A stretch of DNA of 64,000 nucleotides, from the NCBI RefSeq assembly GCF_018977255.1, contig NW_024704743.1:45572001-45636000 (forward strand), written 5' to 3'. Positions 1 through 13,688 of this stretch are shown here, piece after piece (within the stretch, counting starts at the first letter, position 1; every line of letters starts with the position of its first letter). The notes beneath the pieces are model-generated. The model saw only the letters and a program-made list of their open reading frames with translations, was not told the origin of the DNA and ran no database searches. The position numbers and the translations under genes are program-made. The DNA comes from Callorhinchus milii. Taxonomy: Eukaryota.

Positions 1-2530
1 TTTTTGAAATCCAGATCAACATTGATGTGGTTAGACATCAGTTTTAAAACTCAAAACATATTTTTTCATTCTATTTACAAACACATCTAGTCAAGTAATT
101 CTCAAGTATTAAAAAGTACTAGTTGTGCTATCTACTGCACTTTGCAGATAGAAACTCACATCTGGAAAACAATAAATTAACTAAATGAATTTTCTATTTG
201 AGAATAAAATGACACTATTACTATAAATCAATCCAGGCTATTTAAATGCATGAGTATTTTTAGTGAAACATAAAATGGATCACTGTTAAGATTTCCTTTT
301 AGTCCTTCCTCCATCTACTAAATAACTTTGAATAGATTAATAGTAGTTTTAAGAATATCCCATTATATCTGCAGTGCAAAATAGATAATTTATGTTGCCA
401 ATTTTCATGGAAGTTTATTTCACAGAACACTGTAATCCAGTAGATATTGATGTCAGCATAACACCAGTAGCTAAACTAATGCTCACACTGCTGTAAAACA
501 CAATCAGCAGTGAAGGGAGGAACTCTGAAGCTGAATAGAGAATGAATTAATAGAAAAAGTGCAATTTTATTGTAAGGAAAAGAGCCTTTTGACTGTGTTC
601 AGTCATCTTACCCCTCCCTACCCCCCTTGGGCTTCCACCCCCAGCTCAAGTGCCCAGCCAACAGTGTTAAGCACTTTGAGACACCATCTCAACGTGAAAG
701 GCATGATATAAAATGTAAATTGTATTGAATAAACAGGCAATGAACAGCTGGATGGCCCCGGATTCATCTGGTTTCTTTTTATATATAGCCCATTTTATCA
801 TTTGTTATTTATAGTGAATCTTCCCATTTATGTTTGTCAGTATCTTCTAATAGTATCCGTGTTTGTCCAAAGCTAGATGATGCTCTTTCGAATTGATATC
901 CAGAGTGTTTTATTCCAGTTTGAATAGTACAGAACATGAAGTTTTAACCACCAATCCCTAAAGGTTTAAATAACTCAATTTAATTAAAACAATTTGACAT
1001 TAAAGAAAAACAAAGATGCAAAATGAATATTTTCTAACATCTAAAGCAGCAAAAGTTATCAGCAAGTCCCTTAATGAAATCAGAACGGATTCCAACAGAA
1101 TCTGGCTATGAACAGACAAAAAACAGAAACTTATCCAAATTACTTTTCCTAACCATCAAAGCATTTGTTAAAGAATAGCAGTTGACCCTTTTGAAAAGAG
1201 TTTGAAAAGAAAATTCAAAAGAAAGGTAAAAACAATAGATTAAAAAGTGTTTCAAGAAAGATACACATCAGAGCAACAAAATAAACTTCTGCTATCCACA
1301 TTTAAATGTGACTTAATTCTTTGTTGCTGAATTAGCCAGCCTTAAAACATGAAAAGGAACAGATCACTGGAATCAACAGTTCCTTCACACAACCAAAAGA
1401 CAGTGGATTCAATGATCTGGTCAAGCTCCAATTATTCTACGGGCTTCAAGGAACACACACGCAGTGCTCATAGTGGCAAGAAACACTTACAAAATATATT
1501 TATACCTGATATTTATATTGATTTGCAATTCACATGGAACATTTTGTTTTTATGCCAAGAAAAAATCCAACAAACCCACAGAATAATCGTATTTAATATC
1601 TGATGGCAAATGCAGGTACTTTGCATTTAGATTTATCACTAACTGTTCTAAAACTCCTAATAAAAACCATTCACAATCACAAAAGCACTACACTACATAG
1701 TAATTTGCAATCCCTCATGATAATCAATATTGGGCCCATGGGGATTAGACACACTCACATTGCATTTTCATTAGACCCAAGTATTGCGTGGAAATATGAT
1801 GTAAGGCATTATCCTGTACCGGAATGATAGGACATTAGAGAATGGTAGGATACTAGAAACGATAATTTAAGTTATTTTCGAAAATATAAATACGTTAAGA
1901 CGTGAAATGGTAAATCATAGTATTAAACTAAATAAAAGTAAATGTACATGCAATGCTTCATAAAATTAAATAGCTATTATGTATAACAAAATCCCAGCTG
2001 AATATAAAAGATATGGAAGGAAGGTCAATCTCATGGAGATTTTATTACTCATTAATAGTACGACATGTTCTGGTAGCTTTTATGGACGTATCCAGCTGTT
2101 GTAGCAACTTATCAATACTATTACTAAAGCCTTTAATTCCTCCATAACCTCCTCCAACATCCAATCAAATAAGAACCGTTGAAATTCAAGATTAAAAGCC
2201 TTTTAATATCATATGATGAAAAACTGCTGTGAGTATTCACTTATACTTAAAATAAGGTCCTTGTTAATTCTGCATGTTAAAACAAGTTGTATGTTGAAAA
2301 CAAATGTTCCAAAACATATTGTAAAAATAAATCTATATTAAAGTCAAAACCGACAGCCTTGATAATGTTAAAACTGAAACCTCTAAAGATCTGATGGCAA
2401 ATATCTCTGGTGATATTACCCAGAATGTAGATTAGTAATTGTTACGCCATGCTAAAATGCAACTATTGTTGTGCACACATTAATAGAAGAATGTGTTTAG
2501 TAATTAGGCAAGCTAATGAACAGTGGCTAC

Positions 2531-2641
2531 CTCTGATTAACTTTCACAACTTTGGCATTGTCGGCATTCATTGCAAGAGCCTTCCACACAGCAGTTTTGG
2601 CCATTTCATCGGATATGTTTACAACTGAAGGATCATCTGGG
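2531..2641 (-). CDS. slc4a7: slc4a7 coding exon w25 = optional cassette III (111 nt, phase 2-2)
   Basis: tctag|CCCAG...CAGAG|gtagcc; PDDPSVVNISDEMAKTAVWKALAMNADNAKVVKVNQ. Confidence 0.88.
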
Positions 2642-2667
2642 CTAGAGGACAAACATCATATCCAAAT

Positions 2668-2674
2668 GTTAGTA
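2668..2674 (-). promoter_or_regulatory. Perfect TACTAAC branch point / QKI-type motif upstream of cassette III exon
   Basis: + strand gttagta; branch A ~28 nt from the acceptor. Confidence 0.6.
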
Positions 2675-4373
2675 CAGAAACATTTTGCATAAGCAGGACC
2701 ATCAACCGTAACATTGTGTAAAGCTTCAGTTTCACCTCTGCATTAAGCATTCATGCAATTTGTATGTTTCTATTTAAACACAATTTAAATTAGTTTTTGA
2801 GGACATTGCAACATTTTGATCATCAGTGGAATACTTCATGCAAACCGAAAGATCATTAGTGAATGATTTACTATTTAACAAGCCAACATACATATCTTGT
2901 TTTAGATTTCATTTACAACGCATTAGTATTGCAGAATGATAAGGTAGAGAAATTACTCTTATGAAGTAGACCCTATGTCTCTAATTTAATTATTAGTTTC
3001 AAATTGATGGTAAGACTGAACCCTTATTGCATTGGTCAAGTATTTGCTTGACAAGAAGGTGGGTACACAAGAAAGAAGAAGAGAGAATTCTAAAGATGTT
3101 AAACAAAGAAAAGGAATCAACAATATAGATTGAGAGCAATTCTTCCATCCAGGAGGGGAATCCAAAACATGGGCATAATCATAAAATTAGAGTTAAACTG
3201 GTTTTAAGTGAATAAAGAAACATCACACATAACATAGAAAGAATGTGAAATGTACTTCCTCGGGCTATAAGGCAGAAGCAACTGAGGTATTTAAGAGGGA
3301 GGGAGGAAGGCAAATAGGGAGGTAGGCAAGCACTTTGACATCTAGAAATGGCAGGGAAATGAAATAAGAAAGATAAGACTTTAGGGGTGAAACTTCCCAT
3401 TCCCAAATTCAATGCAAGGTTTCTTTTTCGCATCCTCAAGCTGATATTGGGAATTTTACTCTTCTCTATCAGCCAAATCCATGGATTCATTTCAGTCTGC
3501 CTGGAATTTTTAGTTGTGCATAGTATACAGCAGTAAGGAAAGATGGAGAGTTTTATCCAAAACAAGTTCAGATGAAGAACACTTCTGTTTATTTCATCTA
3601 GTCCTTCTAGAATACCAACCTATTTGAATACAATTCCTCCTATTACACCATCATATATGTTTCTTAAATAAGTCCTCAACTACCTTTCCTGATAATTTGT
3701 TCCACTTGTTTAATACTCTTTATGGTTTGCATTAAAATTGTTCTTGACCAACCCTGAAGATGCGATCTCTCGTCTTGCTGTCTTGGCCTACCTAGAAGCA
3801 CTGTTAAGGGTCTATTTCTCTCCCACCCTACCTCCATTTAGTACTTCTAAACCTCTATAAAATCCCTTCAGAGATGTCCATTTGAGGCTGAAGAGAGTGC
3901 TGCCATGGTCATTCCTTATCCCTCTTGCACTCTGGGTGTGCCCTGCCTATACCCCTGTACAGCTTGAGCAGGACCGACAATTTGAATTCAACTAAATTGT
4001 AGCCGGGCATCCCATCTGCATGATTTCTTGCTACCTCACACTGTTACGCTAAGGAACAAGTCAACAAAAACCCTCCAAACAATTTACTCACAGAAATTGG
4101 AGTCTGAAATTGTGCCGGGCAATCATTTAGCGGGCGGTTAGAAGGAAAAAAATCACTACCTTTGCAAAGATAAATTACACATTTATATCCGTTTCACAAC
4201 AAACTTGGGGGCCATACTTGCGAGATCCCGACATCTTCAAACGTTTTCTTCAAAAAACAGTTGTGTGATCACAAACAAGCTGATAAAACCATAAATGATG
4301 CTACTCTCTGAGTAGGGACTACAAAAACTGTAGTCATCCCCATTGAAAACCATTAGATAACCTCACACCATAC

Positions 4374-4474
4374 CTGTATTTAATACTTTTTACTGGAATC
4401 TTCAGAATATTGCCACCTTCTAAAGGCAGCTGTACTGTCCCACTTTGTGCTACTTCAAGCATCCTTTGAGCTTC
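4374..4474 (-). CDS. slc4a7: slc4a7 coding exon w24 (101 nt)
   Basis: tgtag|GAAGC...TACAG|gtatgg; EAQRMLEVAQSGTVQLPLEGGNILKIPVKSIKY. Confidence 0.9.
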
Positions 4475-5849
4475 CTACAAAAAAATTGAAAATAGAAGAT
4501 TATAAGCAAATAGCCCTTTGTCAATGGGTCACTGGAAAGTCCTTTGTAGAAAATTTTTACTGCTCACGCCTGAAACCATTACCCTTTATTATCTTTAATT
4601 TCATCAGTCAAATCACATAATAGTCCTAAAATGATAAACAAATTTAGTTTAAGACATTAATAAATTCCTGATTCTGGAGCTCTACTGTTTACAAGGGGAA
4701 CTCCAACTAAAACGATAAAGAAAAATCTGAATTCTTTAAAACTTTTGGAACTTCACACTTGTTTTATTGCAATATGGTCATTAAATTATATTACACATAA
4801 AAGTAAATCAAATATTGGAATCAGAGGGATATTACATTATGTATATGTAAGCCATCATAGATGATTGAAAGTCAAGCCTTGAACTTGAAAACAAAACAAA
4901 CACAAATCTGAACCAAAGCAGCTCATGTCCATATTGTCTTGCAAAAGGCCTGAGCAAATATTTGGACCAGAAAGCTGTGAACCGTCAACTTGAACTGTTC
5001 TCCTTAGTTAAATAAAGTTATTTTAATAATGAAATAATCCTTGCATTTGATATAGCAATTTTACATCTTCTAGACGTCTACTTTCACAAGGACCATCAGG
5101 AACACAAGATTAAGTGTCAAGTGACATCAAAGAAGAGGCAGAATTCTATCTCTTGATTCTCAAATAGCACGGCCCCCTGATCACTGAGCAATATCATCAT
5201 GCTGATTGCCGATTCAGCATTGGCTGCAAACCCAATGGCTTATTAAAATGAACATTACTCATGTGTAAGCCTTAGCAGTGAGCGTTAACCTGCTGTTCCA
5301 CTGCAATCAAAGCTGAACTTGATCCTGGACACACATCATGTACCTCCAGTGGGAGTGGCTGTGTGGTATTTAGGAGCAGGAACCCTGGATGATTTTCCTT
5401 TTCCACAAACTGAAGTGTGTCATCTATCTCAGCACCAACCTAGCTGAAATCAATTAACTTAGCGGAGACAGTAAGCCTGATCAGCTACTCACTAAATCTG
5501 AGCCAATGGATATTATAAACATTAAATATCCTACGCCCTAAATCTCAACTGCTCAGTTAATATAAATGATAAACCAATGGTTTCCCAGTTAAATGCTGTC
5601 AAATAAACAACTGAGGTTTCACGGTACATGCATCAAAAACATTCTAAATCCAATTTCTTTCAAAATATCTATATGGTTCATTTCATTCATTAGTAAATTA
5701 ATATTTTTCTTAGCATTAGTCTTAAATGCAGTGAAAAATACACCTCACACATACTGTTGTAACATTGTATGGCAATCTATTGTTGAATGGGCAGGTATAC
5801 CACTTCATAGCACTGCTTTAACAGCACATCAAATAAATGTATAAATGAG

Positions 5850-5985
5850 TAAGGGTATAGGGGCATCAAGGGATATGGGGCAACAGTGTGTAACTGGAAT
5901 GGAGGTAAAGATCAGTCATGATCTAATAGAATGGCAGAACAGGCTTGACAGGCTGAAAAGCCTGATCCTGTTCCTATGTTCCTAA
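5850..5985 (+). mobile_element. CR1 3' UTR fragment
   Basis: ggcatcaagggatatgggg...gatcagtcatgatctaatagaatggcagaacaggcttga...tgttcctatgttcct. Confidence 0.65.
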
Positions 5986-7601
5986 ATTACACCCGTCTGA
6001 TCAGCTCCCACTGCAAAATCAATTGCTGAAACACAAAACTAGCAGCGCTACAAATGTTCAAAAAGTGACTAACGGATAAAATAAATATTTTGTTCATCAT
6101 AGTGAAGAGAAGTCACAAAATAGAAAAAGTACGACTTGCTAACAGGAAGTTGTGGAATACTTTACCTCACAAGGAGTGTAAAAGGCATTTCATACACCAA
6201 TCAAACAAAGTTACTAGAGAGGGAGTGACCAGCGTTAATTTAAAGGTTTCCATGACTTCATAAAACAGATCAATTTCAAACAGATGTAATGTGATTCTCT
6301 TAAACTTCATACAGAATTGCTTTGCAACTACCTTTTATAATTTAATATTTCAAAAGGTTATTTTATTTTGATTGTTAATAAATGACTATTATCAATTTAA
6401 ATCTGCTTGGAAAAGACAAGAATCGTCAATATACAATTACAATCAAACTGAAGAACCTACAGCCTTTCTTGCCTTCGCTGTGCCTTTTAATTCTTAATCT
6501 GGTTTCAAATATAAATCATATGGGAAATTACGCTTGCGGGAGATCATGAAGAGAGATGGAGCTGAATCTATATATTCTTCTCTCCTATACTTCACAAGTG
6601 CCATTCAAAAATAACCAATAACATACCCACGGTGGTTTAGATCCATCCATCGATTTCTAGAGCAAATTGAATGTGCAGGAGAAAAAGCAGACAGAGAGGT
6701 CAGTGCCTTCAGAAATTATACAAAGAAAACAGGACAAACTTGGTGTGAGCCTGTTAACTGTTGAAACTATTATGAAGGATAGAATGTGCTACCATAAAGC
6801 ACAAAAAACGCCTGATATTTATTAAGTATGTTATCTGACCCATATAAAACAAAAGCCTGGGCTCCAAGACACAAATGAGTTTCTCTCTGGAACTTCAGTG
6901 CACTGGAAAATTAGAGGCTACTTACTCATTCAGTGAGTTTTCAAAACACTAATGAACATATCAATTTAAACATCCATTGCTTCTTTGCATTTCAAAGTGC
7001 TAGTGACATACAGCAAGTGTTTTGGGAGCAGATATTCTCTAGACTAATCAAACTTCATTGAAGAACAATTTTTACAAATCTGGATGCTTTCTTATTAAAA
7101 TGACATGTTTGGGAACAAGTAAAGCACGATACAACAGATATAAAATTGGTAAGTTTCACTTATATGTTTAAATAACCTACTTTCCTGTATGTTATTGCAG
7201 CGTTGACTTTATATTTTATTAGCACCAAATTTTACTGTATTCACTGCATGATTTTTCTCTGCATTGCTGACCATTCTTGGATGACTAGGATGGAGCATGA
7301 AGAGCAACTACAACTACCCTGAGTTTTCTAATCATTAAAGTTGGCAAGCAAAGGACCTGAACAAAGGATCTCGTACATGCACAGAATTACTCAGCAGGAA
7401 ATAACTCAGTCCAAGCTGAAGTACATAAACCTAAAGGGGAAATATATATCAACACTTTGCATTTCTCTTTAACCCCATAATATCCAAGCAAGATGATAGA
7501 TCACCTGCACAGGAATAGTGAGGAAAGCAGCAACAGAGACAGGTGGTCAGAGATCAATGTTCTATATAACTATTTTATCTTTGTCAGTTCAGGGAACGTA
7601 C

Positions 7602-7739
7602 CTCAGTTTCTTTTTTCTTCTTCTGCTCATCCTCTAATTTCTTTTTCTTACTTTCAGGCATTAAATCGTCCAACCAACTAAGTTCTCGCTTTGTGAAGCA
7701 GAAATCCATGAGTTTACGGACAAACACCAAAGCAAGAAC
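7602..7739 (-). CDS. slc4a7: slc4a7 coding exon w23 (138 nt)
   Basis: ttcag|GTTCT...CTGAG|gtacgt; [46 protein letters not shown]. Confidence 0.95.
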
Positions 7740-8677
7740 CTGAAATGGCAAAAGATCATTTTAGTCCATTTTCCTTCCACTTACCCACCTTCTCACATCC
7801 ATAATAAGACAATATGAAGGGTATAAGTTGCACAATGGATTAGACTTTCATTTAACTGACAGCCTGGCTCAATAACAGAAAATTGTGGATTCAAACCCCA
7901 TGTTGGGACTCTGAGCTCATAGTCTCAGTTGGCAATGTAGTGCTGGTGAGCTGGTCCTGACCTGCCTCATCAGGTAGATGGCAAGAAGAGAAGTGCCAAC
8001 AACTCCCCAGATAAAATTGGTCAATTACATAATGGCGATTTGTGGACAGTGTGCAATGGAGCTCCAAAGTGTGATTTGCGTTCTCCAATGCAAAGCTTGA
8101 AGGACTGGAAGGTATGTGGTCCTGGCAGCACATTTATCCTGAACTACCATCAATCCTGCTCTGATAGATAATTTCCGTTGTGATTTCCACAATAAGGAAC
8201 ATTTCTCTTTTCTTTATTCTTTTTAAAATGAAGTACTCTGGTTCTGTGAAGTGCTCTAACTATTTGTCTGGAAAACTTGTTTGGTTTTCTTATTTTCTTA
8301 CTGAAGGCAATTGAGTGCTGAGTGTCAATCAAGACTGGGAACTCAGCACTGAATTTTAAACTAAACTTTTTAAAGTTAATCCTAAATTATTGATCCCTAA
8401 TAGTCAACAGGTTCACTCTTGATGTTACAGGTTTGTATCCAGCAGAGCTCAAATGTTGACAATGGAACAAGAGCTTAGCATTTAAATAGTTTGGATAATT
8501 CACCAAATATTGTATTAAAAAATAAATTCTAGTTATGAAAATATTTAGAGTGATATTAGGACTCTTCTTCAAAGTTAACCATGTTCATTTAACAGGATTT
8601 AATAGTTTATAATTCTAAATCTACAGGATAATTCTTGTACACATGCATACGGCAGCAAAGAATCACTGTAATCTTAC

Positions 8678-8851
8678 CAACATAGGAAAGACAACTGCAG
8701 CAGATGTAGTTTTAATAACCCAGAGGACGACAAGGCAAGTGAGCTGAATTATTGTGAAGATATGCACCTTCCATAGTGGTACATAGCGCAGGTAGATTAA
8801 GTCAGGTTGGTGTTTAGCAGGCATCCCAAACAACTTTATACGGTCAAAAAA
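8678..8851 (-). CDS. slc4a7: slc4a7 coding exon w22 (174 nt)
   Basis: ttcag|TTTTT...TGTTG|gtaaga; FFDRIKLFGMPAKHQPDLIYLRYVPLWKVHIFTIIQLTCLVVLWVIKTTSAAVVFPML. Confidence 0.95.
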
Positions 8852-8953
8852 CTGAAAATACAAAACAAGTATTAATAAATGTACAATATTCTAAATAGTC
8901 TACACAAGAAATAAGTGAAGAATGATGGGTACAAATGAGAGTCAACAACATAC

Positions 8954-9022
8954 CTGAATGCCCTTCAACGAAGAAACACCCATGTAGAGAAAGACACCGT
9001 ACAGAACTGGCATTGGGATAAA
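8954..9022 (-). CDS. slc4a7: slc4a7 coding exon w21 (69 nt)
   Basis: tacag|TTTAT...TTCAG|gtatgt; [23 protein letters not shown]. Confidence 0.95.
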
Positions 9023-9180
9023 CTGTAAATAAAAATGGTCAGTTGTTATTAAATGTTTGCTTCAACAGGTTCAATTATATGATCTGTAACTTCAACTGTC
9101 ATGGACTTGATTGTTAGCTAACTCTCTCCTCAGGAAATATACAGATTGATGTGATACCAGCACTCTGACTTCTATCTTAC

Positions 9181-9432
9181 CTTTAGAGCAGAAGTCATGA
9201 AGACGGACAATCCCATCAAGATGAATATCATTAAGCCGGTGACTCTTTGCTCTCGAATACCAAGGAACTTCGGCTGTTCTCCTGGTGCAGAACACTCTGA
9301 TTCCAATTTCAGACTGTTGACATGGCTGATGGAGAGGACAGTAGCAGCCACAAACCAGGGAAGACCCATAATTGAACAGATCCCCAACATGACTGCCACG
9401 ATCATCAGATCAAGGTGATAACCACACCCTTT
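9181..9432 (-). CDS. slc4a7: slc4a7 coding exon w20 (252 nt)
   Basis: tgtag|AAAGG...TAAAG|gtaaga; [84 protein letters not shown]. Confidence 0.96.
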
Positions 9433-10416
9433 CTACAAAAGAAAAATCAACATGAAAAACATACATAACATTAAAACAATGTTGGAAAGAGCAAAGAATT
9501 ACAATTAGGGTAGTTAACTAAAGTGAAGAAATTAGCAGCTGCATATGCTTGATGGGCAGAAAAGCCTTGTGCTGTTATTTTTCTTTGTTTCGCCTGATAT
9601 TCTAAGAAGTTACCATTCAATGAATGCTGATGATTCTATATTAAAATTAATGTGGTGAAACGGGATCAATTATCATACAATTTCTGTAACCCAGTTGATT
9701 CACCCACAAAATACACAGTCAATCCACTTTACAGTTTATCCTGTGAAGCACTTTGAGACATTGACAACATAAGGCAGGCACTATATTCAATCAAAGATTA
9801 TGATTATTATTAAGCATTTCAATATACTGGCCCAAGTGTGGTAGCAATTTAGGGAAAAGTGCTCCTTTGAATGTGAGTTATCAGTCAAGCTAACTGAGGA
9901 GGCCAGAAAAAAAAAATCAATGGAAAGCAAGTTTTTTTTTAAAAGAAAGATAACATTAAATGATTATAGAACGGCATTAGCAGAACTTCTCGTCCAAGGA
10001 CAAACATTGATTATTATGGAAAGAAATCAAAGAAGGGGCATCTTTAACAGAAAATGTAATCCATGTTGATTAGGTCCCCAAATTACTGATAAGGCATATT
10101 TGCTCTGCTTGCAAACCTTTTCCTTAGTTGCACTTCAACACTTTGCTTAAAGGGGCCAGAATGATTTTGTCTGTGCACTGTGCATAACAGTCAATAGCAT
10201 GAAAACTTCATTTTTAAAGGAATGCTACACTACTCTGTGCTCTATATAATAATAATAATACTTGCATTTGATATAGAGCCTTATCACTTCTTTTAGATGT
10301 CTCAAAGCACTTCAATATTTTAGAGAAACAAGGTAAAATAGCAATTTATTACTGTGCATCGTTTGAATCAACAGCAGAAATGTTATTTCCCAAATTTCAG
10401 AATCTTTTTGTTCCTT

Positions 10417-12145
10417 AACATAAGAACATAAGAATTAGGAGCAGGAGTAGGCCATTCGGCCCTTCGTGCCTACTCCGCCATTCAATAAGATCATGGCTGA
10501 TCTTCTGACCTAACTCTGATTACCTGCCCTATCCCCATATCCCCTAATCCCTCTATTTTTTAAGAATCTATCAGTCTCAGCCTTGAAAATGTTCAAGGAC
10601 TGAGCATCTACAGCCTTCTGGGGTAGTGAATTCCATAAGTTCACTACCCTCTGAGTGAAGAAATGTTTCCTCAACTCTGTTCTAAAGGCTGACCCTTAAT
10701 TTTAAGACTGTGACCCCTGGTTATAGATTCTCCTACCAGGGGAAACAGACCCTCAGTGTCTACTTTATCCAGCCCTTTAAGAATCTTATAAGTTTCAATA
10801 AGATCCCCCCTAATTCTTCTGTACTCTAGAGAATACAGCCCTAGTTTATTCAGCCTATCCTCATAGGTCAGTCCCCTCATCCCAGGAACTAACCGAGTGA
10901 ATCTACGCTGCACCCCCTCTAGGGCAAGTATGTCCTTTTTTAAATAAGGAGACCAAAACTGCACACAATACTCTAGGTGCGGTCTCACCAAAGCCCTATA
11001 CAGTTGCAGCAAGACTTCCCTACTCTTATATTCTAAACCTTTCGAAATGAACGCTAACATGCCATTCGCCTTCTTAGTTGCTTGCTGCACCTGCAAACTA
11101 ACTTTTTGGGACTGGTGTACAAGGACACCCAAATCCCTTTGAATACTAACACTATCTAACTTCTCCCCTTCCAGAAAATAATCTGTTCTTTTATTCTTGC
11201 TACCTAGGTGAATAATTTCACACTTGCTAACATTGAATTCCATCTGCCACCTACTTGCCCACTCCCCTAGCCTATCTATATCTTGTTGCAATCTTTTTGC
11301 ATCATCCTGAGAGCTCACTCTGCTACCTAGTTTAGTATCATCCGCGAATTTAGACACATTACATTCAATGTCCTCGTCCAGATCATTGATGTAAATGGTA
11401 AATAGCTGAGGCCCAAGCACTGATCCTTGTGGCACTCCACTAGTTACATCCTGCCAATTCGAGAATGATCCGTTTATCACTACTCTCTGCTTTCTACCCG
11501 ATAGCCACTCTTCTATCCATGTTAATATTTTCCCATTAATCCCGTGGGCCTTGATCTTGAGTAACAGCCTTTTGTGTGGCACCTTGTCAAATGCCTTCCT
11601 AAAATCCAAATATACCACATCTACTGGTTCCCCCTTATCCAACCTGCTGGATACATCCTCAAAAAATTCTAAAAGGTTAGTCAAGCATGACTTCCCTTTT
11701 GTAAAGCCATGTTGACTCTGCCTAATCTTTTTATGGTCTTCCAGGTATCCCATAACTACGTCTTTTATTAAGGACTCAAGAATTTTCCCTACAACTGACG
11801 TCAAACTAACTGGTCTATAGTTTTCCCTATTTTCTCTCCCACCCTTCTTAAATAGTGGAGTTACGTTTGCAATCTTCCAATCAATGGGAACTTTTCCAGT
11901 ATCCACGGACTTTTGGAAGATCATAGACATGCCATCCACTACCTCAGTAGCCACCTCCTTTAAAACTCTCGGATGCAGGCCATCCGGTCCAGGGGATTTA
12001 GCGGTTTTAAGACCCAACAATTTACCTAGAACCATCTCTTTACTAATGTTAATCTCCCTAAGTTGCTCGCTAGCATTGTCTTCTTGGTCCTCTATTTTTG
12101 GTATGTTTCCAGTGTCTTCTACGGTGAAGACTGTAGAAAAATTAC
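10417..12145 (-). mobile_element. 5'-truncated CR1-clade LINE with open reverse transcriptase domain and (TTCTTATG)n 3' tail
   Basis: 493-aa ORF with KSPGPDG, NYRPVSLTS, QHGF, YLDFRKAFDKVPH, GVPQGSVLGP, FADDTKL, RPHLEYCVQFWSP. CR1 3' UTR and aacataag repeats on the + strand at ~10417-10432. Confidence 0.96.
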
Positions 12146-12527
12146 TTAGCATTACAGTATTGGCTGTAATAGTTTTGAATGGGAGTTAAAATCTCAAAAG
12201 TAGACTTTCACTCCACAACAGTAAAGATCACAGATAATATTTATACCTAATATTCCTAAAATGGAGATTTCAAGTACTTGTGATTGACACTAAAAAGACG
12301 TGGCATATATAATGCAGTCTCAAATTTTAACTGTAAAGACCACAAACCTGAAAGATCATCTTCCTCTTAATTGCTGAGTTTAAACCAAGTAAATTTCTGA
12401 ATTGCTCAAGGAGCTGGTACAGAACCTGCATTTTGGTTGATCTTCAACTAGCCGCTCCCTTTTCCTTTGTATTTGTTTCTTTGTTATATTCATATTGTAC
12501 CTATATTATGCCAATAAAAATACATAC

Positions 12528-12689
12528 CTTCAGTTTGTGTTCTTTCCTGTTAATTATAACTGCTGTGATCTGTTGATCCATGAAAATAAGGATAGTGCAA
12601 AGCAAGGCAGGTACACAAGCAGCAAGCATTGTCCACCAAGGGTTATCTCCAAGTGGGTCTATGAGCCAACCGCGGTCCTTTTGGGTAGG
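12528..12689 (-). CDS. slc4a7: slc4a7 coding exon w19 (162 nt)
   Basis: cgtag|CCTAC...TGAAG|gtatgt; [54 protein letters not shown]. Confidence 0.95.
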
Positions 12690-13308
12690 CTACGTGGAAA
12701 GGAAAATTGTAGGTTAGTGTTTTTTAATTCTAGAAAATACTAAAGTACAAAGCATTTCCAGTAGGTAAGTTCATAGTGTTTTATATAAAACTGCCCTGAA
12801 GAACTGCCCCATACTGATGATGATAATAATACTTGCATTTGATGCCTGATTTTATCTGGTTCAATTACAACAGGATCTCAATGCACACTTTGGGGGTTAC
12901 TAGTGCCTTTCTGTTTATGAAATTATGAAGTGGAGACTATTTAGTTAAAAGGATTCCAGAGCAAATGTCATTGTGCAAAGTACACACTGCACAATTAATT
13001 CCTAGATTTTATTTGTAACCCTGCTACACTGACATCCACACATATATATTCCTGTGCCAAAATACAGGTCCTGAATTTTCCCCAGTAACTTCTTTTAAAT
13101 CAGCTGCTGTTTTACATGCACAAACTGCTCAGAACAGCACAATTTTATTTTTCCAGGCAAAGGAATACGTTCCACACCCAGTGACCCATTTCCTTTGTTC
13201 CACAACAGCAGCCAGCTTTTGAAAAATGTCTGAAAGGATAATCCAAATCAAATGAAATAACACCTCCAAATACCAAATGCAAGGATTACTGTTACTATTA
13301 TTATTATT

Positions 13309-13688
13309 GTAGAGTCCTGTAGCTCAGTGGTTAGAGAATTCGCCTCGCAAACGAGAAACCTGGGTTCGATTCCCGGCAGAGCGAAACGTCAGGCATGTTT
13401 CCTTGCATCACACGCCTCTGTTTATCTAGCAGTAAGTAGGAACCTTGCTAGCCAATTGGTGGATCGCTTTTCCGTGGGATATGGATGTAAATCTCCTAAA
13501 AAAAAATCTAAGAAAAATAATTTGGTGACTTCAATCCACGACTGTTTGTGGGACACTGCTGTGCACAATTGGCTGACGCGTTTTGCCCACAAAATATACA
13601 GTCAATTCACTTTACGGTATATTCTGTGAAGTGCTCTGAGACGTCTAGAAGATGTGAAGAGGCATTATCAAATGCAAGGATTATTAAT
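13309..13688 (+). mobile_element. tRNA-derived SINE (family A) with L2-type 3' tail
   Basis: A box TAGCTCAGTGG, B box GGTTCGATTCC, body shared with the 18570 and 51711 copies, tail ...tgtgaagtgctctgagacgtc...tcaaatgcaaggattatt. Confidence 0.88.

Noticed and set aside
1..2530. Search for terminal slc4a7 exon(s) (PVSVKISFED...ETSL-like PDZ end)
   Set aside because: Not recognisable in this interval; probably beyond the window edge
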